A stretch of 33,468 bases of DNA. It comes from a virus. The DNA is taken from the IMG/VR virus record IMGVR_UViG_3300045988_175500; one strand, written 5' to 3'. The position numbers and the translations under genes are program-made. The notes below the pieces were generated by a model. It had not been told where the DNA came from and did no database searches. It saw nothing but the letters and a program-made list of their open reading frames with translations. Positions 25,603 through 33,468 of the stretch are shown here, piece by piece (the stretch's first letter is position 1; each line of letters opens with the position of its first letter).

Positions 25603-26300
25603 TGAATAGTATTAATTGGAAAGGTATTGATAGTGAATCCATAGAAGGACTATTAATTTGTGAATTACCTCCGATTTCTAAACCAAAAATGAGAATAAAA
25701 GAAACTGTTATTGATGGAGTGGATGGATCATTTATCGAAGAATTAGGTTATGAATCTTATGATAAAACTATGAAAATTGGACTAACAAGAGATTATGATA
25801 TAGATGAAGTAATGGATTATTTCAATGGGGAAGGTAATTTAATTTTTAGTAATGAAGATGATAAATTATACAAAGCCAAGATAATAAATCAGATAGATTA
25901 TCAAAGATTGTTAAGATTTAAAACTGCTAATATAACGTTTAGAGTACAACCTTTTAAGTATTCAGCTAGTGAAATATCTAAAAAGATTGATATAACTGAT
26001 GAAACAAGCATTAATTTTTACAACAATGGAAATGTGGAAAGTAAACCTCAAATTAAAATATATGGCACTGGTGTTATTAATTTTAAATTGGAAGGAAGAA
26101 TTATATTTACTTATACATTTTCTTCAGATGATACTTATGTTGTTATTGATAGTGATAAACAGGATGCATATGTAGGTAGTATTTTAAAAAATAGATTTAT
26201 GAATGGTGATTTCCCAATTTTTCAAAAAGGGAAAAATACTATTTCATGGGATGGAACAATTACTAAAATTGAGATAAGTAATTATTCGAGATGGATTTAG
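25602..26300 (+). CDS. Distal tail protein (Dit)
   Basis: Order after tape measure; N-terminal INWKGIDSESIEGLLICELPPISKPKMRIKETVIDGVDGSF. Confidence 0.85.
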   Translation: MNSINWKGIDSESIEGLLICELPPISKPKMRIKETVIDGVDGSFIEELGYESYDKTMKIGLTRDYDIDEVMDYFNGEGNLIFSNEDDKLYKAKIINQIDYQRLLRFKTANITFRVQPFKYSASEISKKIDITDETSINFYNNGNVESKPQIKIYGTGVINFKLEGRIIFTYTFSSDDTYVVIDSDKQDAYVGSILKNRFMNGDFPIFQKGKNTISWDGTITKIEISNYSRWI

Positions 26301-26315
26301 GAAAGGAGCATAAAT

Positions 26316-26651
26316 ATGAAAAGAGTTAGAAAATTAACTAGGGGAGATACTTTTTCTTTAGAGGTTGAAATAACTGAAAATGGGGAACATCAAACAGTAG
26401 ATGAGATGTTTCTTACTGTAAAAGAGAGTTATAGTGCTGATGAAGTTTTATTTCAAAAGAAAATTGGTGATGGAATCAAATTGAAAGATAATAAATATTT
26501 GATTTCAATTTATCCAGAAGATACAAATGATTTTGAATATAAACAATATGTTTATGATATTGAAATCATTAAAGGAAATATTAAAAAGACTTTGGAAGTT
26601 GGTATTTTACGTATTTGTGATGAAGTAACATTTGCTGTAGATGAGGTGTAG
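26316..26651 (+). CDS. Baseplate/BppU-like N-terminal domain protein
   Basis: RGDTFSLEVEIT...DEMFLTVKESYSADEVLFQKKI. Confidence 0.55.
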   Translation: MKRVRKLTRGDTFSLEVEITENGEHQTVDEMFLTVKESYSADEVLFQKKIGDGIKLKDNKYLISIYPEDTNDFEYKQYVYDIEIIKGNIKKTLEVGILRICDEVTFAVDEV

Positions 26652-26653
26652 CT

Positions 26654-28309
26654 ATGGAATATAAAATAAGAGAAAAATTATTTGGAGCCAATAAAGCAAG
26701 TGCAATTGGAACGTCTTTAACTTTAAATGATACGGTTAAATATCCGATAAATAAATTGACGATTGATGGTGTATGTGAACAGAAAACGACTACTGGTAAA
26801 AATTTATTAGATTTATCTAATTTAACATCCAGAGTTTGGAATGGCATTACGATAACTAGGAGAGAAGATGGCTCATATTCTTTTAGTGGAACTGCTACTA
26901 ATAGTACTAGTTTTACATTACCTTTAAATTTAACTTTATCACCAGGAGCATATACATTTAGTCTTGAAACAGTACAAGGTTTTTTGGTTAGACTAGAAGA
27001 CGAAAACAATGTTGAAGTTTTCAAAGTCAATGATAATAAAAAAAGTGTCACTGTAACATTAAGTGAAGAAAAGCAAATTAAAAGATTATATTTTTGGGCA
27101 TCTTCTGGCAGTACTTATAATAAAGATGTTTTCCCTCAATTAGAACAAGGTTCACAAGCAACTTATTTTGAGTCATATACAGGCAAACAGCCAAGCCCAT
27201 CTCCTGATTTTTCACAAAATATTAGTGTACTAACTGGCAATATTAAATTAACAAGTTGTGGGAAAAATCTTGTTAATCCAACAACAGCAACATTTACAAG
27301 AAATGGTGTAACATTTACAAAAAACGATGATGGAACTTATACGCTAAATGGGACTAGCACTCAATCATTTGACAATAATATTATAAGTATTCAAAATAAA
27401 ATAAATGTTGATAAAAACAATTTTTATAAATTATCTTTGAAAGTATTTAGTGGTACTTGTTCTGGAGGAAACCTATCATCGAATGTAAATTTAATTATAA
27501 ATAATAATTCGACTTGGAATTGGTTAAGTACCAACAATGTTGCTAAACAACCAACTGATAACGGATATATTGGTTTTGTTAATCTATATGTAATTAAAAA
27601 TATAATATTTAATGATTATAGAATAGGAATACAACTTGAAGTAGTTGAAAATAGTTCATCTCCTAGCACAGACTATGAACCATATCAAGGCTCATCTTTA
27701 AATATAACAATACCATCAAATGAATTTGTAGGTAAACTAGATGATACTTATAAAGATACATTAAATGTAGTTTATAAAGATGACGGACACTATCATTTAA
27801 TGTTAAATAAAATGATTGGTAAAAAGGTAGTCGATGGAAATACTGGAATTATCACAAAAATAAGTGACAATCATTTTGGTATTAATGATGCTATTAAAAA
27901 TTTTTTGCATTTCAGCGATTTAACAATCAATAATAATAAAAATAACAAATATATAATTCTTTCTCAAACTTCTTCAAATTCTCAATTTATTAGCATTGCA
28001 AAAGATTATAATTATGCTATGAATTTTACTAGTACGGAAAAGTTTAACAATATTAGAATAAAAGATATAAGATTTAATACTGTTGATGAATTGAAGCAAA
28101 GTTTAAATGAAAAACCGATGGAAGTATATTATACATTAAATTTAAATAGCAGATATAGTTTAGATTTAGGAATAGTAGATACATTATTAAGTTATGATGA
28201 AATAACTAATATATTTAGTGATAGTGATTTATATCCAGTTATAAATGTTAAATATTATAATGGATCATTAGATATTAGCAATTATGAATTTTCTATAAAA
28301 GAGGTATAG
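26654..28309 (+). CDS. Phage tail/baseplate structural protein with duplicated domain
   Basis: Two related segments TGKNLLDLSN..GITITRREDGSYSFSGTATNS and CGKNLVNPTTATFTRNGVTFTKNDDGTYTLNGTSTQS. Confidence 0.65.
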   Translation: MEYKIREKLFGANKASAIGTSLTLNDTVKYPINKLTIDGVCEQKTTTGKNLLDLSNLTSRVWNGITITRREDGSYSFSGTATNSTSFTLPLNLTLSPGAYTFSLETVQGFLVRLEDENNVEVFKVNDNKKSVTVTLSEEKQIKRLYFWASSGSTYNKDVFPQLEQGSQATYFESYTGKQPSPSPDFSQNISVLTGNIKLTSCGKNLVNPTTATFTRNGVTFTKNDDGTYTLNGTSTQSFDNNIISIQNKINVDKNNFYKLSLKVFSGTCSGGNLSSNVNLIINNNSTWNWLSTNNVAKQPTDNGYIGFVNLYVIKNIIFNDYRIGIQLEVVENSSSPSTDYEPYQGSSLNITIPSNEFVGKLDDTYKDTLNVVYKDDGHYHLMLNKMIGKKVVDGNTGIITKISDNHFGINDAIKNFLHFSDLTINNNKNNKYIILSQTSSNSQFISIAKDYNYAMNFTSTEKFNNIRIKDIRFNTVDELKQSLNEKPMEVYYTLNLNSRYSLDLGIVDTLLSYDEITNIFSDSDLYPVINVKYYNGSLDISNYEFSIKEV

Positions 28310-28311
28310 AT

Positions 28312-29967
28312 ATGTTATGTGTTTATGAAGGAACTGAGAAATTATTTAATAATAATGGAATTAAAGTATTGCATCCTTTATTTGCAGAAGTAACTAAAAA
28401 AGATAATAGTGATTATTATTTAGAATTAGAAGATATATTGGATAATCTTGATTATTATCAAAAAGGATTAATTATAAGAACTAATACTCCATGGGGTGTT
28501 CAGGGATTTAGATGTGATAAACCAACTATTAAAAATGATAGAGTGTCATGCAAAGCATGGCACTTATCTTATGACAGTAAAAACTATATTGTAAAAGATG
28601 CTTATTCAGTTGATAAAAATTGTAATGATGCATTAAATTATTTTAACAGTGCTACTGATAGAATAAGTCCATTTACAACTATTAGTGATATTCCTACAAC
28701 GTTAAGTTCAAGAATGGTAACTAAAACATTATTTGAAATTTATGAAAATTTCATTTCAGATGATATGTATGGTGGTCATTGGTATAGAGACAATTGGACA
28801 TTAGGAATTAAGGCAAATATAGGTCAAGATAGAGGTGTGGTGTTATCTTCTAATAAAAATATTTCTGATTTTGAAAATAGTGAAAATTGGGATGATGTTT
28901 GTACTAAAATACTTCCTTATACTACTGATGGAGAGCAAAGAATTTATTTAGATGATCCATTTTTAATATCAGAATATCTATCCTTATATGATATTGTTTA
29001 TGCTAAAGTAGTTAAATTTGATAATCCATATGATAAATCTGATTATGAAGATTATTCCACTTTTTTATCTGATACTAAATTATGGCTTAAAAAAACCGCT
29101 TTAGAATATTTAGAAGAAAATAAAGCACCGAAATTTAATTGTTCCGTTAGTTCTCCAATAAAAAATGTAAGCGATATTGGAGATACTATTTATGTAAAAT
29201 ATTCAAAGTGTAATATTAATATTAAAACAAATGTAATTGGTATTAAATATGATTGCATTAGTCAAAAATATACAAAAATTGAATTTGGAAATTTTAAAAA
29301 AGAAATCAAAAATTTACAAGAGCAAATTTCAGGTGAAATCAAAAAGACAACTAAAGAAACAGTAAAAGAAAGTCAAGTATTGTTACAAGATGAATTAAAT
29401 CAAGCAACTTCAAGATTTAATGAAATGTTAGGAAGTTCATACAAAATAATCGAAGAAGATAAAATAATGTTTGTAGATAAATTGCCTAAAGAACAAGCAA
29501 AATATGTTTTAAAGATTTCAAATGGTGGAATAGGATTTAGTTCTACTGGAATTAATGGAACATTTACTAGTGCTTGGACTTTAGATGGTACTTTAAATAT
29601 GAATGCTATTAATGTAATTAATTTAACTGCCTCTTTAATAAAAGGCGGTGTTTTAAAGTTGGGTGGAATCAATAATTCAAGTGGTACTTTTGAATTATAT
29701 GATGAAACAGGTAAATTGATTTGTTTACAAGATAAAACAGGTTTAACGTGTTATGCAAAAAATGGCGATTACGTAAAACTAAATGCGGAGGTTGGTTTTG
29801 CTGGTTTTAATAAAAATAATATTAAATCCTTTTGGGCTGATGGCGATGTTTTTCATATGAAGAATGCAGAGGTTGAAAATGAACTTAAAGTAGCAAACAT
29901 GATTAAATTTGTACCTGTAAATACTGCAACAAATAAAGGAATTGGCATTGTTGCTATTCAAAGCTAG
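28312..29967 (+). CDS. Tail-associated protein (Tal/prophage endopeptidase tail-like)
   Basis: N-terminal LCVYEGTEKLFNNNGIKVLHPLFAEVTKKDNSDYYLELE, typical of gp18/Tal N-termini; tail locus. Confidence 0.75.
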   Translation: MLCVYEGTEKLFNNNGIKVLHPLFAEVTKKDNSDYYLELEDILDNLDYYQKGLIIRTNTPWGVQGFRCDKPTIKNDRVSCKAWHLSYDSKNYIVKDAYSVDKNCNDALNYFNSATDRISPFTTISDIPTTLSSRMVTKTLFEIYENFISDDMYGGHWYRDNWTLGIKANIGQDRGVVLSSNKNISDFENSENWDDVCTKILPYTTDGEQRIYLDDPFLISEYLSLYDIVYAKVVKFDNPYDKSDYEDYSTFLSDTKLWLKKTALEYLEENKAPKFNCSVSSPIKNVSDIGDTIYVKYSKCNINIKTNVIGIKYDCISQKYTKIEFGNFKKEIKNLQEQISGEIKKTTKETVKESQVLLQDELNQATSRFNEMLGSSYKIIEEDKIMFVDKLPKEQAKYVLKISNGGIGFSSTGINGTFTSAWTLDGTLNMNAINVINLTASLIKGGVLKLGGINNSSGTFELYDETGKLICLQDKTGLTCYAKNGDYVKLNAEVGFAGFNKNNIKSFWADGDVFHMKNAEVENELKVANMIKFVPVNTATNKGIGIVAIQS

Positions 29968-29978
29968 GAAGTGAAAAT

Positions 29979-31964
29979 ATGGCGAAGATATCAAAAAAAG
30001 GGTCTAAAGGACATCATACTTATACATTTAATTTAGTAGAAACATCAACAAGTGTTAGTGATAATACTAGTATAATGAATTATAGTTTTGTTTTAACAGA
30101 TGATTCAAATTATTTTTGGAGATCATTTGCGAAAAAAATATCATATAAATTAAAAGCTAATGGCTCTGTAATTGCAAGTGGCTATATTCCAAATCATACA
30201 AGTAAAACCGAAACAATTACTTCAGGAACATTTCCTGTACTTCATGATTCTGATGGTAATAAAACAATAGATTATAGTTTCACTGTAACTGATAATGCAA
30301 ATCAAAGTTACACATCAGGTAATGCAAGTGAAAGTGGAACATTAAGTTTAAGTACAATTCCAAGATATTTATCAATAGACAAACTTGATATAGTAAGTAA
30401 AACTGAAACAAGTGCTATTATATCATGGGCTACTAGCGAAGCAGCTAGTGAAATATTATATAGCCTTGACAATGGTGTATCTTGGGTTAGTTCTGCTCTA
30501 AATGTAGAAATTATTTCTGATGATAGAAAAAGCGGATTCTTTAATATTTATAATTTAAATGAAAATACAACTTATAATCTTAAAATTAAAGCTAAAAGAA
30601 GTGATAGTGGCTTATATACTGAAAGCTCATCCAAAGATTTAGTTACTTATGCTTATCCATATTGTGAAGAAGCTCCTGATTTTATTATTGGAAATAAATT
30701 GATTTTAAAAATATATAATCCATTAGGAAGAACTTATAATTGCAAAATAATTGGTGCAAATAATGATTCGTTAATGTTAAATGATTATCAAGATACAGCT
30801 ATTTCTCCTTTTAATAATGATGTATGGATAAATTTTTGGTATTCTTCTATTCCAAATTCTAAAACTGGTAAATATAAAGTACAAGTTATATATGGAAATT
30901 CAGTTAAAGAAACAAATGGTGGAAACTATAGTGTTATTGGAACTGAAAAACCTGTATGCGGAACTATCACTTATCAAGATAGTGATTCGACAGTTACTGC
31001 TATTACTCAAAACAATCAATATATAGTACAAAATATATCTAATTTAAAAGTTAGTTATACAAGTGCTACTGCCAAAAATAGTGCATCAATTGCTAAATAT
31101 ACATTCGAATTAAATGGTATTGTAAAAGAAAGCACAAAATCAAGTGATACGATTGATTTTGGAAAAGTAAATGTTTCTGATGATATAGATTTAATTATGA
31201 CTGTTACTGATAGCAGAGGTTTAACAACTTCTACAACTAAAAAAGTATTAATATTAGCACATAGTGATCCAACAGCACTAGTAACACTTAACAGATTAAA
31301 TAATTATGAAGATGAAACATATTTAACTGTTGACGGCTCAATATCAAGTGTAAACTCTAAAAATTCAATGATTATTAAATATAGATATAAATTAATCGAT
31401 GGTGATTATAATGATTTTATAACCATTAATGATAATACAAAGCAAACTTTAACATTAGATAAAAATAATATTTATATATTTAATATTTTAATAACAGATA
31501 GTTTTGGTGGGATTTACGATAAAAATTTTACGTTAAATAAAGGAATTTTTCCTTTGTTTATAGATACTATTTTAAATAGTGTCGGAATAAATTGCTTTCC
31601 AACTAAAAATAATAGTTTTGAAGTAAATAATTTAGATCTATTTAGTATTATTAATAGTTTTAATAACTCAATCAAAGGAATTTTGTTAAATGGTGATGAT
31701 GGTTTAAAAATAAATGTTAAAAAATATGGATCAATAAACAAAATTCCAATTATAATTCTTGGAGCTGATAGTTCAAACTTAATTCCTGTACTAACAGTTG
31801 TTTATATTAAGCCAAATGATAATTTTGGCTATAAAAATTTAGGTACGGAAAAATCAGTAACAATGAGTGGAACTGCTATTCATATAGATGCTACTAAAGG
31901 ATCATATTACTTTGTGATAGCTCCACCAATTTGTGAAATAGAATTAACAAATAATGCATTATAA
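29979..31964 (+). CDS. Tail fibre/minor structural protein (DUF859-like with fibronectin-III-like repeats)
   Basis: SGTFPVLHDSDGNKTIDYSFTVTDNANQSYTSGNASESGTLSLSTIPR then FN3-like segments. Confidence 0.7.
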   Translation: MAKISKKGSKGHHTYTFNLVETSTSVSDNTSIMNYSFVLTDDSNYFWRSFAKKISYKLKANGSVIASGYIPNHTSKTETITSGTFPVLHDSDGNKTIDYSFTVTDNANQSYTSGNASESGTLSLSTIPRYLSIDKLDIVSKTETSAIISWATSEAASEILYSLDNGVSWVSSALNVEIISDDRKSGFFNIYNLNENTTYNLKIKAKRSDSGLYTESSSKDLVTYAYPYCEEAPDFIIGNKLILKIYNPLGRTYNCKIIGANNDSLMLNDYQDTAISPFNNDVWINFWYSSIPNSKTGKYKVQVIYGNSVKETNGGNYSVIGTEKPVCGTITYQDSDSTVTAITQNNQYIVQNISNLKVSYTSATAKNSASIAKYTFELNGIVKESTKSSDTIDFGKVNVSDDIDLIMTVTDSRGLTTSTTKKVLILAHSDPTALVTLNRLNNYEDETYLTVDGSISSVNSKNSMIIKYRYKLIDGDYNDFITINDNTKQTLTLDKNNIYIFNILITDSFGGIYDKNFTLNKGIFPLFIDTILNSVGINCFPTKNNSFEVNNLDLFSIINSFNNSIKGILLNGDDGLKINVKKYGSINKIPIIILGADSSNLIPVLTVVYIKPNDNFGYKNLGTEKSVTMSGTAIHIDATKGSYYFVIAPPICEIELTNNAL

Positions 31965-31977
31965 GGTGGTGATTTTA

Positions 31978-32331
31978 GTGGATGATTTAACTTTAGGAGA
32001 TTTAGCTAAATGGTTAGCATTTATAGTTGGTCTTATTAGTTCAGTTGTTTATTTAAAAAAGGGAACTATTAAAGGAATTGCCTCAGTTATAGATGAACGG
32101 TTGGAACCAATAAAAAAAGAAGTAGAAAATTTAAAAGAAGAAACATCTAAGAATAATTTATCAAGTATAAAAACTGATTTAATTAATTTAATGGAACTTG
32201 CAGATAAAGAAAAAATATCTCCAGAACAAAAAATGAGAAGTTATGAATTATATGATTATTATTGCAAGCATGGTGGTAATAGTTATGTCCATGACAAATG
32301 GGAAAGATTAAAAAACGAAGGAAAAATATAA
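31978..32331 (+). CDS. Small membrane-anchored phage protein adjacent to holin
   Basis: VDDLTLGDLAKWLAFIVGLISSVVYLK plus coiled coil; GTG 31978 after SD aaggtggtgat. Confidence 0.65.
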   Translation: MDDLTLGDLAKWLAFIVGLISSVVYLKKGTIKGIASVIDERLEPIKKEVENLKEETSKNNLSSIKTDLINLMELADKEKISPEQKMRSYELYDYYCKHGGNSYVHDKWERLKNEGKI

Positions 32332-32341
32332 GGAGGAAACA

Positions 32342-32542
32342 ATGAAAAAAGGAATTGATGATGTAAAAAGTTATGTAACAATATTATTTGCTACTGCATT
32401 AGTAGCATTATTATTTATTGCTGTATTCAAAGGTGAAAATATATTTGAAACAGTGTTCTTATTATTCACTAATTTATGTACTGCAGTATTTACATATTTT
32501 TTTACCAGAAAAAAAGATTCAACAAATAAGGAAGGAGAATAA
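32342..32542 (+). CDS. Holin-like membrane protein
   Basis: 66 aa with two hydrophobic helices and charged tail immediately before endolysin; RBS aggagg. Confidence 0.75.
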   Translation: MKKGIDDVKSYVTILFATALVALLFIAVFKGENIFETVFLLFTNLCTAVFTYFFTRKKDSTNKEGE

Positions 32543-32545
32543 ATA

Positions 32546-33256
32546 ATGATTAAATTAAAATATCCCTTAAAATTTGTAGGGATAACCCAAGATTTTTCAT
32601 CAAATCATCGTGCTAATGATTTAGGATGGAATAATGCATATGGCGGCAAAAATGCAAATATTTATGCATGTGGTGATGGAGTAGTTACAAGTATTTGTGA
32701 TGGTAGAAACAATTCGATGGTTAATGGCGATAGTGGAAACTATGTAACAATCTTATATGCAGATGGATATGAAACAAGAACTTGTCATATGTTAAAAGGC
32801 TCTATAACTGTCAAGAAGGGCGATAAAGTTACCAAAGATACCATTATAGGAAGAATGGGAAATAGTGGTTATTGTGGAAGAAATAAAGCATATCACGTTC
32901 ATTTTATTGTTTGGAAAAGTGGTGTTAGAGTTAATCCTAGAGAACACGTATATATTTATGATGATAATGTTGTTGCTAAAACAAATAAATATGATCTACT
33001 TTATTACAATGGTGACGAAGAAAAATCATCTGCACCTGTTGATAATAGAAAGTATATTCAAATAAATGCAAAAAGTGGTGTATGGTGTAGAAAAGGAATA
33101 GGATTTAAATATTCTAAATATAAAGCTATTCCTTGGGGAACAAAATGTGAACTAGTAGAAAAAAACGTTGGAATAGCCAATGGCTATAAATGGGATAAAA
33201 TTTTTTACAATGGTGTAACAGTATATCTTCCAAATAATTGGAATAAATATCTATAA
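32546..33256 (+). CDS. Endolysin: M23 metallopeptidase with C-terminal SH3-like domain
   Basis: SSNHRANDLGWN...GYETRTCHMLKGSITVKKGDKV...GRMGNSG...YHVHFIVWKSG; C-terminal YIQINAKSGVWCRKGIGFKYSKYKAIPWG. Confidence 0.9.
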   Translation: MIKLKYPLKFVGITQDFSSNHRANDLGWNNAYGGKNANIYACGDGVVTSICDGRNNSMVNGDSGNYVTILYADGYETRTCHMLKGSITVKKGDKVTKDTIIGRMGNSGYCGRNKAYHVHFIVWKSGVRVNPREHVYIYDDNVVAKTNKYDLLYYNGDEEKSSAPVDNRKYIQINAKSGVWCRKGIGFKYSKYKAIPWGTKCELVEKNVGIANGYKWDKIFYNGVTVYLPNNWNKYL

Positions 33257-33300
33257 AAAACAAATAGGTAAGGAAACTAATGTCCTTACCTTGTTTTTTT
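33255..33300 (+). terminator. Rho-independent terminator after the lysis module
   Basis: aaaaaacaa-ata-ggtaagga-aactaatg-tccttacc-ttgttttttt. Confidence 0.9.
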
Positions 33301-33344
33301 ATTTGAAGAATATTTGATGATATTTTTTAATAAAACATTAATCT

Positions 33345-33368
33345 CATGGTAATTTTCATGGTAATTTT
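33345..33368 (+). repeat. Right arm tandem repeats CATGGTAATTTT x2
   Basis: catggtaatttt at 33345-33356 and catggtaatttt at 33357-33368; same motif near attL. Confidence 0.65.
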
Positions 33369-33414
33369 TATTAAAGATAAGATTTTATGCATATAAAATT
33401 GATTTTATCGTTTC

Positions 33415-33435
33415 CCATACAGGTCACCAATAAAA
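33415..33435 (+). repeat. attR core, CCCATACAGGTCACCAATAAA
   Basis: Exact 21-bp match to 35-55. Confidence 0.85.
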
Positions 33436-33468
33436 TTGATAAAATGCCTTTAATTAAGGCTTTTTTTA

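Noticed and set aside
32865-33065. Plus-strand ORF nested within the endolysin
   Set aside because: Alternative-frame ORF within a clear M23 endolysin, with no independent support
1-33468. CRISPR arrays, transposases, restriction-modification or diversity-generating retroelements
   Set aside because: No long direct-repeat/spacer pattern, and no transposase, methylase or reverse-transcriptase motifs recognised in the ORFs

Overview
The window is an essentially complete, AT-rich siphovirus-type prophage of a Firmicutes-like host, integrated into the 3' end of a tRNA gene. The tRNA looks like tRNA-Glu(CTC) and only its 3' half is in the window. A 21-bp direct repeat (35-55 and 33415-33435) marks attL and attR. 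Module order: (1) leftward lysogeny block: tyrosine integrase, ImmA/IrrE-type metallopeptidase, a TM2-transmembrane/DEDDh-exonuclease fusion, XRE repressor. (2) divergent promoters with three 15-bp palindromic operators. (3) rightward early/replication block: XRE/Cro-like protein, DNA-binding protein, DnaD-like replisome organiser with an iteron/AT-rich origin-like tract inside the gene, a second tyrosine recombinase. (4) an array of small coiled-coil genes joined by recurrent overlapping junctions. (5) PcfK/PcfJ-like pair and a late-gene regulator. (6) a promoter closely followed by a terminator-like hairpin, HNH endonuclease, probable cos region. (7) HK97-type terminase, portal, protease and capsid, connectors, tail chaperone, tape measure, baseplate and fibre genes. 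(8) holin-like protein and M23 endolysin. The observations most worth following up are the TM2-exonuclease fusion translationally coupled to the repressor, the in-gene origin-like tract, the DSNE junctions with embedded Shine-Dalgarno sequence, the promoter plus hairpin ahead of the late operon, and a tail chaperone gene with both a canonical -1 slippery heptamer and an upstream in-frame TAA. All family calls come from motif and synteny recognition, with no database search.
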